DNA from: an uncultured Gammaproteobacteria bacterium
Lineage (GTDB): Bacteria > Patescibacteriota > Patescibacteriia > Magasanikbacterales > UBA922
Length of the DNA: 64,000 nt
Direction of reading: 5' to 3'
NCBI GenBank assembly: GCA_964344965.1
Contig: CAYFPJ010000006.1
Location: 568 to 64,567, forward strand
The position numbers and the translations under genes were made by a program. Under the pieces are notes generated by a model, which worked only from the letters and a program-made list of their open reading frames with translations, was not told the DNA's origin and made no database searches. This document shows positions 26,397 through 35,968 of this stretch, piece by piece. Every line of letters begins with the position of its first letter. Positions within the stretch are counted from its first letter, which is position 1.

Positions 26397-27278
26397 TTAT
26401 TCTCCAGTTATTAGGCAAGTTACTGCCCCTTCTATTTTATAGTCAGAGCTTATAGCCTTCTTTAGACCAGCAATAGAAAGAGCACTATTTGGTGAAATGG
26501 TAATATTTGTATTTCTTTTTACTATATCTATGGCTGCCGTAATTTGATCATTATTTACAATCCATCCCGAGCCACTAGTGGATTTGATAGCCTCTATTAC
26601 CTCTGCTTTTCTGTGAGAAACATTATCCACTATTGCTCCAGCCAACGAACTCTCTTCCTTAGATATCTGGTCAAACTCTTCAGCTATAGGATGACAAGTG
26701 GTAGTCTGGACAATATGGATTTGAATAGGATTTTCCAACTTGAGAAATTGCTCTCCCAAGGCCTGAGCTGTAGTACCACTAGAAGTAGGGATGAATACAG
26801 CTCGTAGATCTGGTATTTTTTCCAGATCTTTTGCCAGCTCCATATAGCCTTCCAGAGCTAGAGGGTCAGTGGACTGGCGAAGATGTTTTGCTTCAGCATT
26901 TTTATCCATTTGAAAGGCTATCTGTTTTGGCCTCTCGACTTGTTCAATTGATATATCTTTATCTTTTATTTCTCTATTTAATTTACTTAATTTTTTATTA
27001 CTAATTTTTTTACCAACCAAAACTCGCAATCTGATTTTATTTTCAGGATTATTTTTATTATGTTTATTGGTTGCTAGAATAGCAGCAAGCGCTGCATTTC
27101 CAGAAGAAGAAATCACAAAATCGCGAAAACCATCACGCTTGAAATATGTCTTGATCATGTAGGGAATGGACCTACCCTTGTGAGAACCATACTTGTGCAA
27201 GTCCTCGCGTTTCAGATATAGATTGTCTATCCCGAGAGCTTGAGCTAGATCGGGATAGGATTGTTGGGGGGTTTTCAT
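26397..27278 (-). CDS. PLP-dependent enzyme, fold type II (tryptophan synthase beta / threonine synthase-like superfamily)
   Basis: KREDLHKYGSHKGRS matches the PALP lysine motif K-x-E-x-x-N-P-x-x-S-F-K-D-R. Glycine-rich SSGNAAL and SSGTTAQAL loops are present. Confidence 0.55.
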   Translation of the reverse strand: MKTPQQSYPDLAQALGIDNLYLKREDLHKYGSHKGRSIPYMIKTYFKRDGFRDFVISSSGNAALAAILATNKHNKNNPENKIRLRVLVGKKISNKKLSKLNREIKDKDISIEQVERPKQIAFQMDKNAEAKHLRQSTDPLALEGYMELAKDLEKIPDLRAVFIPTSSGTTAQALGEQFLKLENPIQIHIVQTTTCHPIAEEFDQISKEESSLAGAIVDNVSHRKAEVIEAIKSTSGSGWIVNNDQITAAIDIVKRNTNITISPNSALSIAGLKKAISSDYKIEGAVTCLITGE

Positions 27279-27412
27279 GTTTATAGTTCATAGTGAATAG
27301 TTCATAGCCAATAGGAATTCAATACTATTGACTATGAACTATTGGCTTTTAGAATTTGTAATTTTTACAAAATTTTGTTATTCTTAGAAAAGTTATTTGT
27401 AAGCTTAACACT

Positions 27413-27580
27413 ATGAAACTAACTTGTCCAGAATGTAAAAATGATGTAGATCTTACTCCATATCCTGATTTGAAAAAAGATCAAGTCATCGAATGTGGGA
27501 TGTGTGGGATTACTCTTCTTGTTACCGAAATATCTGACAGCGGAGATGTTCTAACTGAAATTGTAGATGAGGGGAAATAG
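27413..27580 (+). CDS. LysW-like small zinc-ribbon protein (55 aa; below the ORF-track size cutoff)
   Basis: MKLTCPECKNDVDLTPYPDLKKDQVIECGMCGITLLVTEISDSGDVLTEIVDEGK. The CPEC...x17...CGMCG spacing and acidic C-terminus match LysW/ArgW-type carrier proteins. Confidence 0.4.
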   Translation: MKLTCPECKNDVDLTPYPDLKKDQVIECGMCGITLLVTEISDSGDVLTEIVDEGK

Positions 27581-27581
27581 A

Positions 27582-27615
27582 CAGCTAGTAAGCAATAAGC
27601 AGAATAAGCTGTAGG
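27582..27615. repeat. Left 34-bp inverted repeat flanking the four-helix-bundle gene
   Basis: CAGCTAGTAAGCAATAAGCAGAATAAGCTGTAGG is the reverse complement of 27996-28029 with 33/34 identity. Confidence 0.8.
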
Positions 27616-27617
27616 CA

Positions 27618-27986
27618 TTAAGTAAATTTTTTTTGGCTTTGTATCCATCTTGTTAATAATTTGCCTACTTCTTCAGTACTCGAAAGAGTACTTTTGTATT
27701 GTTCTCGTGTAATATAATTTAGGTCTCGCATGAGCAAAATATGATATTTTAATTCTTCTAAGGATGCATCTGCTTGATTATAAAAACGAATACTATCCTT
27801 TATACTTTGTCTCCTAAAACCTTCCACAATATTTGCCGGTATTGAAGCGGCAGCTCTACGTGCCTGACTAGTTAGACCAAACAGTTCATGTTTAGGATTT
27901 TGTTCAGTCAGTTTGTATATTAGTAAAACATTTCTATGAGCCTTTTGCCACACAAGTAAATCTTTAAAAGTTTGAATTCCTCCCAT
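27618..27986 (-). CDS. four-helix-bundle protein (family typically found inside 23S rRNA intervening sequences)
   Basis: FKDLLVWQKAHRNVLLIYKLTEQNPKHELFGLTSQARRAAASIPANIVEG is the hallmark of this family (described under TIGR02436). Confidence 0.85.
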   Translation of the reverse strand: MGGIQTFKDLLVWQKAHRNVLLIYKLTEQNPKHELFGLTSQARRAAASIPANIVEGFRRQSIKDSIRFYNQADASLEELKYHILLMRDLNYITREQYKSTLSSTEEVGKLLTRWIQSQKKFT

Positions 27987-27995
27987 ATAAAATTG

Positions 27996-28029
27996 CTTAC
28001 AGCTTATTCTGCTTATTGCTTACTAGCTG
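27996..28029. repeat. Right 34-bp inverted repeat flanking the four-helix-bundle gene; it overlaps the last codons of the mpl/murC-like gene
   Basis: CTTACAGCTTATTCTGCTTATTGCTTACTAGCTG. The ligase C-terminus (VQLVSNKQNKL*) is encoded by the repeat. Confidence 0.8.
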
Positions 28030-29415
28030 GACGAACTGTTTTATCATTCCTCTGAATCCATGACTTCCCAAGAAGGCGACAACATCGCCTTTTTCTGTTT
28101 TTTTTTGTAAAAATTCTACCAATTCTTCATCATCTGGAATGAACTTTACATCTTTGTGAGTCTTTTTGATCACTTCAGCTAATTCCTGCCCATTGAGAGG
28201 GGTGGGAGTGTCTGGAGCACGTTTTATTCTTGAGAGTCTTGGTATTACCACTGTATCAGCATTGACAAATTTGTCGTCATATCCTGGGATAGCCTCTGGT
28301 AAGCGATTGCCAGAGTTTGGCTCATATATTGCAATGATTTTATTTTTATAAACTTCACGCAGAGTTCGCAAAACCCCTTCGGCTTTTTTGGGAGAGTGGG
28401 CGATGTCGTCAAACACTGTAATCTCACCATCCGATCTTTTTTCTAGACGACGTTTGATATTTTTGAAAGTTTTTATTGATTTGATAATATCCTCTGGCTT
28501 CATACCAATCTGGTGACACATAGCAAAGCATCCGACCATCTTGTCAACTAAGTAATCTCCAAGTGAATCTGTACTTGCTGACCAAGATTGATCTCCATGG
28601 ACAATGTCAAAGGTCATGCCATCAGTAGAGGCTTGATAGTTAGTAAAGTAGTAGTCATTATCTTCGCTGTGTCCATAAGTGATTACTTTACACTTTGCCA
28701 AATTTTTCATTTCAGGATGCTGAGTTGTCACTTTGGCAGATAAGACTAGCAGACCATCCTCTGAGACTTCTTGAACTAATTTTTCAAAAGCCTCTTTGTA
28801 AGATTCTGGAGTAGGGTAGACATCAGCATGGTCCCAGACCACTGCTGTCAGGAGAAGGTGAGTAGGGGAGTAGTGGGCAAATTTAGGCCTGTTATCCCAG
28901 CGAGCTGTCTTGTATTCGTCACCCTCGACAATACTCCAATCACTTTCAGAAAGTACTGCAGCAGGAATATCATTTAAGCCAACCCCACCAAACATATAAT
29001 TTGGATCCCAACCATTTTCCAACATGATCCAGGAGAGGAGGGAAGCACTAGTCGATTTGCCGTATGTTCCAGCGCAAACTATGGAATTCTTTTGGATCAA
29101 ATGTTCAGCTAGAGCTTCTGGATATGATTTATAAGGAATATTATTTTCTTGTATATAGAGCCATTCTGGATTTTTTGATCCAGCGACATTGCCAACAATG
29201 ACTAAATCCGGGTTTCCATCTTTGGTCATTAACTCTGGGTGCCAGCCTGGGTAGTAGGAAACACCTGTTTCCTTGAGGTAAGTAGAAACTGGAGGATAAA
29301 ATCCTTTGTCTGATCCTGTTACTTTATAACCTTTTTTGTGAAATGCCAAAGCAAGGGCTGACATGGCGACGCCGCAGATGCCGATGAAGTGGATAGACTT
29401 TTTTTTATTGAGCAT
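27997..29415 (-). CDS. Mur ligase family: UDP-N-acetylmuramate:L-alanyl-gamma-D-glutamyl-meso-DAP ligase (Mpl)-like / MurC-like
   Basis: N-terminal IHFIGICGVAMSALALAFHKKGYKVTGSDKGFYPPVSTYL matches MurC/Mpl. The P-loop GTYGKSTSASLL is present. Confidence 0.8.
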   Translation of the reverse strand: MLNKKKSIHFIGICGVAMSALALAFHKKGYKVTGSDKGFYPPVSTYLKETGVSYYPGWHPELMTKDGNPDLVIVGNVAGSKNPEWLYIQENNIPYKSYPEALAEHLIQKNSIVCAGTYGKSTSASLLSWIMLENGWDPNYMFGGVGLNDIPAAVLSESDWSIVEGDEYKTARWDNRPKFAHYSPTHLLLTAVVWDHADVYPTPESYKEAFEKLVQEVSEDGLLVLSAKVTTQHPEMKNLAKCKVITYGHSEDNDYYFTNYQASTDGMTFDIVHGDQSWSASTDSLGDYLVDKMVGCFAMCHQIGMKPEDIIKSIKTFKNIKRRLEKRSDGEITVFDDIAHSPKKAEGVLRTLREVYKNKIIAIYEPNSGNRLPEAIPGYDDKFVNADTVVIPRLSRIKRAPDTPTPLNGQELAEVIKKTHKDVKFIPDDEELVEFLQKKTEKGDVVAFLGSHGFRGMIKQFVQLVSNKQNKL

Positions 29416-29436
29416 AGAGCACTGGCAGTGGAAGAA

Positions 29437-29748
29437 TCATTTTTTTATTATGTAAAAAATTTTGGTATCAATGATTATCAATAATAACAGATAGACCAAC
29501 TGCTTGAAGCTAAATTCTATAAATATCAATCCATAAATTTTTGCAATAATCAAAACAGCGATAAGAACAAAAATTATTTGCAGTATGATTTTATTTATTT
29601 TTTTCATATTGGTTTCATAATTTTGGTTTTCTATCCTGCATATAAATAGGTCAGGATTAAATTTCCATATAACGTTCAAGTATATGAGAAGTTTTGGAAA
29701 CTGCTTAGAAATCAAATGATTTCCAAAATTTGGGAGAGTGCGCAGCAA
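29437..29748 (-). CDS. possible small membrane protein (the likely start is the internal MKKINKII)
   Basis: Highly hydrophobic I/L-rich C-terminal half in an AT-rich stretch. Confidence is low. Confidence 0.25.
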   Translation of the reverse strand: MLRTLPNFGNHLISKQFPKLLIYLNVIWKFNPDLFICRIENQNYETNMKKINKIILQIIFVLIAVLIIAKIYGLIFIEFSFKQLVYLLLLIIIDTKIFYIIKK

Positions 29749-29763
29749 CGAGCCTCATATACT

Positions 29764-29788
29764 TTGTTAGGTTATGTAACTGAATACT
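29764..29788. repeat. Left 25-bp inverted repeat flanking the GNAT gene (overlaps its last 5 codons)
   Basis: TTTGTTAGGTTATGTAACTGAATAC is the reverse complement of 30236-30260 (GTATTCAGTTATTTAACCTAACAA) with 23/25 identity. Confidence 0.65.
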
Positions 29789-30227
29789 CCAATACGATTA
29801 TGGGTATTTTTACACCTTTTCTTTCTACAAATTTATCCATTATTTTTTCGAAGCCATATTTTTCATAAAAGCTTTGGGCATTGAGAGTAGATTCAACCTT
29901 AACTTTCTTCACCTCTTTGCTTGCAATTCTTAAGGCTTGGTCAAATAATTCCTTCCCAATTCCTCTTTCTTGAAATTCTGGATCTACAAAAATTCGGACT
30001 ATTTCTCCCTTCTTGGCCTGACCAAACCCCATGATATTATCATTCTCTTCAAAAACAAATATTTCTTCTTTTTTCATCCCTTCTTCATAAGTATCTGATG
30101 AGAGATCATCAACCCAAACCTTCATTTGTTCATCTGTATAAAAATTTTTGGAGCCAACTAACAAAGCTTTTCTATGAATTGCCCAAAGCTTTGATGAATC
30201 CTTGGCTGATGCAATTCTAATACCCAT
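29772..30227 (-). CDS. GNAT family N-acetyltransferase
   Basis: Acetyl-CoA binding motif IFVDPEFQERGIGKEL (Q/RxxGxG/A). Confidence 0.85.
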   Translation of the reverse strand: MGIRIASAKDSSKLWAIHRKALLVGSKNFYTDEQMKVWVDDLSSDTYEEGMKKEEIFVFEENDNIMGFGQAKKGEIVRIFVDPEFQERGIGKELFDQALRIASKEVKKVKVESTLNAQSFYEKYGFEKIMDKFVERKGVKIPIIVLEYSVT

Positions 30228-30235
30228 AATTGTAT

Positions 30236-30260
30236 GTATTCAGTTATTTAACCTAACAAT
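30236..30260. repeat. Right inverted repeat flanking the GNAT gene
   Basis: See 29764-29788. Confidence 0.65.
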
Positions 30261-30296
30261 GCCTAGTAGAGCATTGATCTGTCGTCATATTTTAGA

Positions 30297-30962
30297 TCAT
30301 TTAAAAATATTTTTTAACTCTCCTAGATCTTCACTCCACCTCTCACCATCAAACCACTCCAATCCCTTAAACTGAAGCTTGTAAATATCGCCAGGACGCT
30401 GAAATGAGCCGAGGTAGATATATTTCTTTTTTTCCTCTTGCGCCCATTGGATTGCCATGGTCATCATCCCTAAGCCTAAATTTGGGATATGGAATTTAGA
30501 ATTTAGAATGTAGAATGGATAAGAGTAGTGGAGGATGTTGTTTGTTTCAACACAAATTGCATGGCCAACTGTTTGCTGTTTTTTGTTAGTTGTTAGTTGA
30601 TAATTTAGCACCCGATTAAAATCATCTCTATCACCAGTCAAAAGTTCCTTGATTTTATTAGCACTAAAAGTTCCCTCACCAAACTTAGTATCATAAAAAT
30701 CTTTTCCCATTTTTCCTATTTTCCAGGTATAGCTAGTGCAAGGAAGAGGGTAGATTTTCATTTTGATATCTTCAGTCTTTCTCAAGATTCGTCGATTTTC
30801 ACTAGATAGTTCAAATTTATTTAAATCAATTCGCAAACTTCTAGTCTGTTGCATAAAACCATTTTCTGGACGTCCAAAAACAAAACCACGATCATACATC
30901 GCGTTTATATTTTTATCAGAAAAATCAGTTATTATTTTTTCTTGCCAAGATAGATAAGACAT
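30297..30962 (-). CDS. arginyl-/leucyl-tRNA--protein transferase-like (ATE_C/Bpt family) protein
   Basis: IYLGSFQRPGDIYKLQFKGLEWFDGERW resembles the conserved YLGY...YK.QF.P.E segment of ATE1/Bpt. It contains an in-frame heptamer tandem (AGAATTT x2 followed by the degenerate units AGAATGT and AGAATGG) at 30496-30523. Confidence 0.45.
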   Translation of the reverse strand: MSYLSWQEKIITDFSDKNINAMYDRGFVFGRPENGFMQQTRSLRIDLNKFELSSENRRILRKTEDIKMKIYPLPCTSYTWKIGKMGKDFYDTKFGEGTFSANKIKELLTGDRDDFNRVLNYQLTTNKKQQTVGHAICVETNNILHYSYPFYILNSKFHIPNLGLGMMTMAIQWAQEEKKKYIYLGSFQRPGDIYKLQFKGLEWFDGERWSEDLGELKNIFK

Positions 30963-30968
30963 AATTCT

Positions 30969-31175
30969 CTAACAAGGTGGTCTGTCATAATCAGTTCCGC
31001 CACATGTATTCTGAAACCACCATTTGCATTTTATATGCTCTAGAAAAATTTTGTTTGCACATGGTTCTTTTGAGTCGTAATTTTTTTGTATTCGTGGCAA
31101 TGTGTGTGAAAGAACAAGTATACCTACGAATATAGTTGCAATTAATGTGTACAGAAAAATATTCAAATTTTTCAT
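30969..31175 (-). CDS. small secreted cysteine-rich protein
   Basis: Signal peptide MKNLNIFLYTLIATIFVGILVLSHT, followed by 6 Cys in 45 residues. Confidence 0.35.
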   Translation of the reverse strand: MKNLNIFLYTLIATIFVGILVLSHTLPRIQKNYDSKEPCANKIFLEHIKCKWWFQNTCGGTDYDRPPC

Positions 31176-31181
31176 ATTTTT

Positions 31182-32342
31182 TTAGAATAAAGCCACCCAA
31201 ATCCCCAACAACACCACCGCCGCATGCATAATCCAAAATCTCATCACAGTTTTTTCCTCACTCCAACCACGCAACTCAAAGTGATGATGAATGGGAGCCA
31301 TTTTGAAAATACGTCTACCAAGGATATGACGACCAAAAACTTGAATAATAACCGAAGCAATCTCTACATAAAAAATAAAAGCTAAGAATGGCAATAGCAA
31401 CATCTTATTGATCACTATGGCATTAATTGCTAAAAGCGCACCTAACCCTAGCGATCCCACATCACCCATCTGAAAGCGAGCCGGCTTGATATTGAAATAA
31501 GTGTAAGTAATAAGAGCTCCGACAGTAGTAGCGTTCAAAATAGTAATCTCAGAATATCCACCAAGCCAACTGAGAAGAGTAAGAGCAGAAAAAGTAATAA
31601 TGAGTGAACCGCCCGCAAGACCATCCATCCCGTCTGCAAAATTAACAGCATTCGCTGTCAACATCACGAAGAAGATGATGAGAGGGATAATCCAGAAGCC
31701 AATATTGACAAACCCATCAAACGGAATATAAATCTCTCGCCAGTGCTCCCCAAGCTTAAAATAAATCCACCAAGCGGTAAGAGCTCCTGCAATGAATTGT
31801 AGAATCAATTTCTCATGGACATGGACCCCTTTACCAGGATGACTACCAAGCCAAAGAGATGATCTCTTGAAAATAGCCCAAGGCAAAGTCAAGGTCAGCC
31901 AGACGCGTTGTTTCCAATCTTTGTGTACTTTTATCAATCTCAGAATTTGTTTAATTTTTCTATTCCTCCTCTTGTGTCCATAGATATGAAGAATATCATC
32001 TATTCCTCCTAGAAGGGCAGCTAGGAGCATCACAGCAATCGGCATCCAAGTGAAGCTTCTCTCCCAGTTGAAGAGCATCGTGACCACAGCCACGACAATG
32101 ATAACCAGGAGGCCACCCATGATTGGTACTCCGGCCTTACTTTCTCGTTTACCAATGGATAAGCTAGCGTCAAATTCTGCTCGTCTGGTAATTTTGTATT
32201 TATATAATATTTTGGTCAAAAGTGGGGCCAAAAAGAAAGCCAAGACAGAAGAAAGAAGACCAAATCCAATGGCTGTTTTCAACAATTCTAGCTGTTCTGG
32301 AGAGATAGACATAACGGGAATATAATAGCAGAAAATGATCAT
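31182..32342 (-). CDS. mraY: phospho-N-acetylmuramoyl-pentapeptide transferase
   Basis: NAVNFADGMDGLAGG, MGDVGSLGLGA and APIHHHFELRGW motifs are present. It carries a roughly 60-aa basic insertion (HKRRNRKIKQILRLIKVHKDWKQRVW). Confidence 0.9.
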   Translation of the reverse strand: MIIFCYYIPVMSISPEQLELLKTAIGFGLLSSVLAFFLAPLLTKILYKYKITRRAEFDASLSIGKRESKAGVPIMGGLLVIIVVAVVTMLFNWERSFTWMPIAVMLLAALLGGIDDILHIYGHKRRNRKIKQILRLIKVHKDWKQRVWLTLTLPWAIFKRSSLWLGSHPGKGVHVHEKLILQFIAGALTAWWIYFKLGEHWREIYIPFDGFVNIGFWIIPLIIFFVMLTANAVNFADGMDGLAGGSLIITFSALTLLSWLGGYSEITILNATTVGALITYTYFNIKPARFQMGDVGSLGLGALLAINAIVINKMLLLPFLAFIFYVEIASVIIQVFGRHILGRRIFKMAPIHHHFELRGWSEEKTVMRFWIMHAAVVLLGIWVALF

Positions 32343-32584
32343 AAAATCAACAAAGTAGTAGATAAGTCTCTTTTCTTGATTTTTGACTGTAGATAAGCTA
32401 TCTTATCTATGAACTCATATTAACTTTTCTATCCAACACCTCGAATATCCTTATTTTTTAGCCATCAAAACTCGCTTCCACTCACACAATTGCTGGCTAA
32501 AAAATAAGGATATTTCTCGGTCTATTTTAGATAAAAAATAAGTTTGACTTAATACAGTTCTTTATTATAAAGACTAAAAAAATT

Positions 32585-34387
32585 ATGTCTGATACTAGAG
32601 AAATCAAAGACAAAATTGATGTAGTGGATTTGATAAATGAATACGTTCAACTGAAGCCAGCTGGAATCAATCACAAAGGTCTTTGTCCGTTTCATCAAGA
32701 AAAATCTCCTTCATTTATGGTCAATCGTGAGCGACAGAGCTGGCATTGTTTTGGTTGCAGCAAGGGTGGAGACATTTTTACTTTTATCGAAGAGATAGAA
32801 GGGATGGAGTTCAAAGAAGCATTGAAATATTTGGCAGACAGAGCTGGGGTTCAGTTGACACGTAATTTTTCTACTGATACCAGTGGTAGTGAGAAAAGTA
32901 AGATCAAGGAAATTAATAGCGAGGCTGCTAGATTTTTTCACAATTTTCTTCTAAAAATGCCAGCATCAAAGCCAGCACTTGATTATCTAAAAAATAGAGG
33001 GCTTGGTTTGGAAACAATTGAAAATTGGCAAATAGGATTTGTCCCGGAGCAGTGGGATCTCTTGACAAAATACTTACTTAAAAAAGGATTTTCAATTGAT
33101 CACCTAATTGCTTCTGGACTCACCATCAAACGTGATGGGACTGATGTCAAAAGCGGAAGAGGATTTTATGATCGTTTTCGAGGTAGAATCATGTTCCCAA
33201 TTTGGGATGTGCATGGCAATGTTATTGGATTCACCGGAAGGATACTCGTCGAAACCGAACGTAGTGGGGGAAAGTACGTCAATACTCCTCAAACCATTGT
33301 CTATGACAAATCAAGAGTAGTCTACGGATTGAATAAATCCAAAAAAGAAATTCGCAATCAAGATCTAATCGTGATGGTCGAAGGACAGACAGATGTGATC
33401 ACTTCTCACCAGGCTGGGATGAAAAATGTTGTTGCCAGTAGTGGTACAGCTCTTACAGAGCACCAGATCAAACTTTTGAAACGCTACAGCAATAATATCA
33501 ATATGGCCTTCGATGCTGATGAGGCTGGAGTGAAAGCAGCCAAACGTGGTATTGATCTGGCTCTTCAAGCTGGTATGAACGTGCGAGTGATTCAGATTCC
33601 CGAAGGAGCTGGTAAAGACCCAGATGAGGTTTTGAAGAATAATAAGCAAGTTTGGTTTGATGCTGTCAAAAATGCCAAAGCAGTGATGGACTGGTATTTC
33701 AATCGAGCTTTTGCCAACAAAGATTTGGGAGACCCGAGGCAAAAACAAGAAATATCTTCTACTCTATTGTCCGAAATAAAAAATATTCCTTATGCGGTGG
33801 AGAGAGATCATTGGCTCCAACTTTTGGCTCAGAAATTATCAGTAGACGTCGCTGTCCTGCGTGAGGATTTGAAGAATGCAGAGATAAGAAAAGAAGACTT
33901 AAGATATAAGAAGGAAGACATAAGAGTAGTTGACCAAAACATTAATAATAAAAAAACAAGATTAGAGCTACTTCTCGAACGTTTGGTGATTCTACTACTT
34001 CGCTATCCTCAGTCAAAAATTGAAAATTCTAAATTGAAAAGTGAAACTTTAACAAGTTTATCCACATCCAAGTTGGTAGATCTTTACAAATCTATTAAAA
34101 AAGGCTACAATAAGGGAAATATAGATGTCGATGCTTTGCGTCAAGAATTCAATATTGATGGAAAAGAAAACATAGTTGATATCCTGCTCATGAAGGGTGA
34201 GTTGGATTTTTCTGCTATCTCAGACCAGGAGGTCAAAAAAGAAATTGAAAAGATTGATAAAATGACGGCAGATGAGATAAATAAAAGTATTCGTAAGGAT
34301 CTGGAAGTTCAGATCAATCAAGCAGAGAATAGTGGAGACACCGATGCTCTCCAATCACTTTTAGAAAAATTCAAATCTATTTCATAA
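32585..34387 (+). CDS. dnaG: DNA primase
   Basis: Zinc-binding CPFHQEKSPSFMV...WHCFGCSKGGD, followed by a TOPRIM core (EGQTDVITSHQAG...DADEAG). Confidence 0.92.
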   Translation: MSDTREIKDKIDVVDLINEYVQLKPAGINHKGLCPFHQEKSPSFMVNRERQSWHCFGCSKGGDIFTFIEEIEGMEFKEALKYLADRAGVQLTRNFSTDTSGSEKSKIKEINSEAARFFHNFLLKMPASKPALDYLKNRGLGLETIENWQIGFVPEQWDLLTKYLLKKGFSIDHLIASGLTIKRDGTDVKSGRGFYDRFRGRIMFPIWDVHGNVIGFTGRILVETERSGGKYVNTPQTIVYDKSRVVYGLNKSKKEIRNQDLIVMVEGQTDVITSHQAGMKNVVASSGTALTEHQIKLLKRYSNNINMAFDADEAGVKAAKRGIDLALQAGMNVRVIQIPEGAGKDPDEVLKNNKQVWFDAVKNAKAVMDWYFNRAFANKDLGDPRQKQEISSTLLSEIKNIPYAVERDHWLQLLAQKLSVDVAVLREDLKNAEIRKEDLRYKKEDIRVVDQNINNKKTRLELLLERLVILLLRYPQSKIENSKLKSETLTSLSTSKLVDLYKSIKKGYNKGNIDVDALRQEFNIDGKENIVDILLMKGELDFSAISDQEVKKEIEKIDKMTADEINKSIRKDLEVQINQAENSGDTDALQSLLEKFKSIS

Positions 34388-34400
34388 CTAATTTTCCTTC

Positions 34401-35882
34401 ATGCCTAGGAAAAAGAAAATCACAACCAAAAAAGGTGTGAGAAAAAAATCTCCACCAAAAAAGAAAAAAGCAGTGAAAAAATCTGTTTCTCCTAAAAAAA
34501 AGGCAGCTCCAAAAAAGAAGCGAAAAGTCTCACCAAAAAAGACTCGCTCAAAAAAAGTAGGAGCAAAAAAAGTAACTCCGAAAAAGAAGGTCGTAAAAAA
34601 GAAAAAGGTGGTAAATAAAAAAATCACCAAAAAGAAGAAGGCGACCAAAAAGAAAAAACCTGCTAGAAAATCTCTACTAGCAAAAAAAACTAAGAAGAAA
34701 AAAGCCAAGGTCTCAAGCCTTGTGTTTCGTGGTTCAAAAAAGAACAAAGTGAAGCTAAAAAAACCAGACGAAAAAGTGGAAGAGCCATCTTCTGTAGCCA
34801 TGTGGTCGCTAATTGAAAAAGGGAGAGGGAGGGGATTTATCACTCACATCGAGATAAACTCTATCTTCCCTAGAGTGGAGCACTACATTACGATTTACGA
34901 AGCTTTTTTGGATGTGCTTGATAAGCATAGTGTCTCTCTTGTGGAGAATACAGGTGGAAGTTTACTTGGTAACCGATCAAAACAAAGTGACCTTTTGAGT
35001 CAGTTACAAGGTCATCAACCGGACCAAAAAGCAGGAGTGTTTGATTTAGCGAAGATATCTGAAGACTCTATCCAGATGTACCTACGAGAGATTGGAAAAA
35101 TTCCACTTCTCACAGCTGATCAAGAAGTCTCTTTGGCAAAGCTGAAAGAGAGGGGGGGCAATGCTGCAGAAAGAAAGATGATCGAAGCTAATTTACGTCT
35201 AGTTGTATCGATTGCTAAGAAATTTGTAGGCAAGACACTTTCCCTACTTGACCTGATTCAAGAAGGAAACATCGGACTATTTCGAGCAGTAAAGAAATTT
35301 GACTATCGTCGTGGATACAAATTTTCTACCTACGCCACATGGTGGATCCGCCAAGCAATTACTCGTGCTCTTGCAGACCAATCTAGAACCATTCGTATTC
35401 CAGTCCACATGGTGGAGACGATCAATCGTCTCAAACAACACCAGCGTCGATTACTGCAAGACTTGGGCCGTGATGCCACTCCAGAAGAATTGGCTGCCGA
35501 GATGCAGCAAGATATCGAAAAGGTCAAACATATTATCAAGATTTCTCAAGACACAGTGTCTCTAGAAACTTCAGTAGGGGATGATGACGATGATGATTCT
35601 TCACTCGCTGATTTTATTAAGGATGTCAAAAATGTCAGCCCATCACACTCAGCCGGAGTACAACTTTTGAAAGACTATATTCAAGAGGCCATCAAAGATC
35701 TATCTCCGCGTGAACAGAAGATTTTGGAGATGAGGTTTGGACTCAGTGATGGAGTGACTCATACGCTTGAAGAAGTTGGTCGGGAGTTCGATGTCACTCG
35801 TGAGCGTATTCGTCAGATTGAGGCCAAGTCTCTAGAAAAAATTCAAGGATTCGATATAATTAGTAAGTTGAGAGACTACTAG
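34401..35882 (+). CDS. rpoD: RNA polymerase sigma-70 factor with a roughly 130-aa lysine-rich histone-H1-like N-terminal tail
   Basis: Regions 1.2-4 are present: [68 protein letters not shown]. The N-terminus is made of KKxxPKKK repeats ([27 protein letters not shown]...). Confidence 0.92.
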   Translation: MPRKKKITTKKGVRKKSPPKKKKAVKKSVSPKKKAAPKKKRKVSPKKTRSKKVGAKKVTPKKKVVKKKKVVNKKITKKKKATKKKKPARKSLLAKKTKKKKAKVSSLVFRGSKKNKVKLKKPDEKVEEPSSVAMWSLIEKGRGRGFITHIEINSIFPRVEHYITIYEAFLDVLDKHSVSLVENTGGSLLGNRSKQSDLLSQLQGHQPDQKAGVFDLAKISEDSIQMYLREIGKIPLLTADQEVSLAKLKERGGNAAERKMIEANLRLVVSIAKKFVGKTLSLLDLIQEGNIGLFRAVKKFDYRRGYKFSTYATWWIRQAITRALADQSRTIRIPVHMVETINRLKQHQRRLLQDLGRDATPEELAAEMQQDIEKVKHIIKISQDTVSLETSVGDDDDDDSSLADFIKDVKNVSPSHSAGVQLLKDYIQEAIKDLSPREQKILEMRFGLSDGVTHTLEEVGREFDVTRERIRQIEAKSLEKIQGFDIISKLRDY

Positions 35883-35914
35883 TATCATGTAACATGAATC
35901 ATATAACATAAAAC

Positions 35915-35951
35915 AAAAAAACCACTTCATAATTATCGAAGTGGTTTTTTA
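35915..35951. terminator. Bidirectional intrinsic terminator between rpoD (+) and the ABC-F gene (-)
   Basis: AAAAAA-ACCACTTC-ATAATTATC-GAAGTGGT-TTTTTAT, with an A-run before and a T-run after. Confidence 0.8.
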
Positions 35952-35968
35952 TATTTTAAAAAATAAAA

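Noticed and set aside
34388-34843. 151-aa minus-strand ORF rich in F/L/G
   Set aside because: It is the antisense reading of the AAAAAG-rich lysine-tail coding region of rpoD and so a composition artefact.
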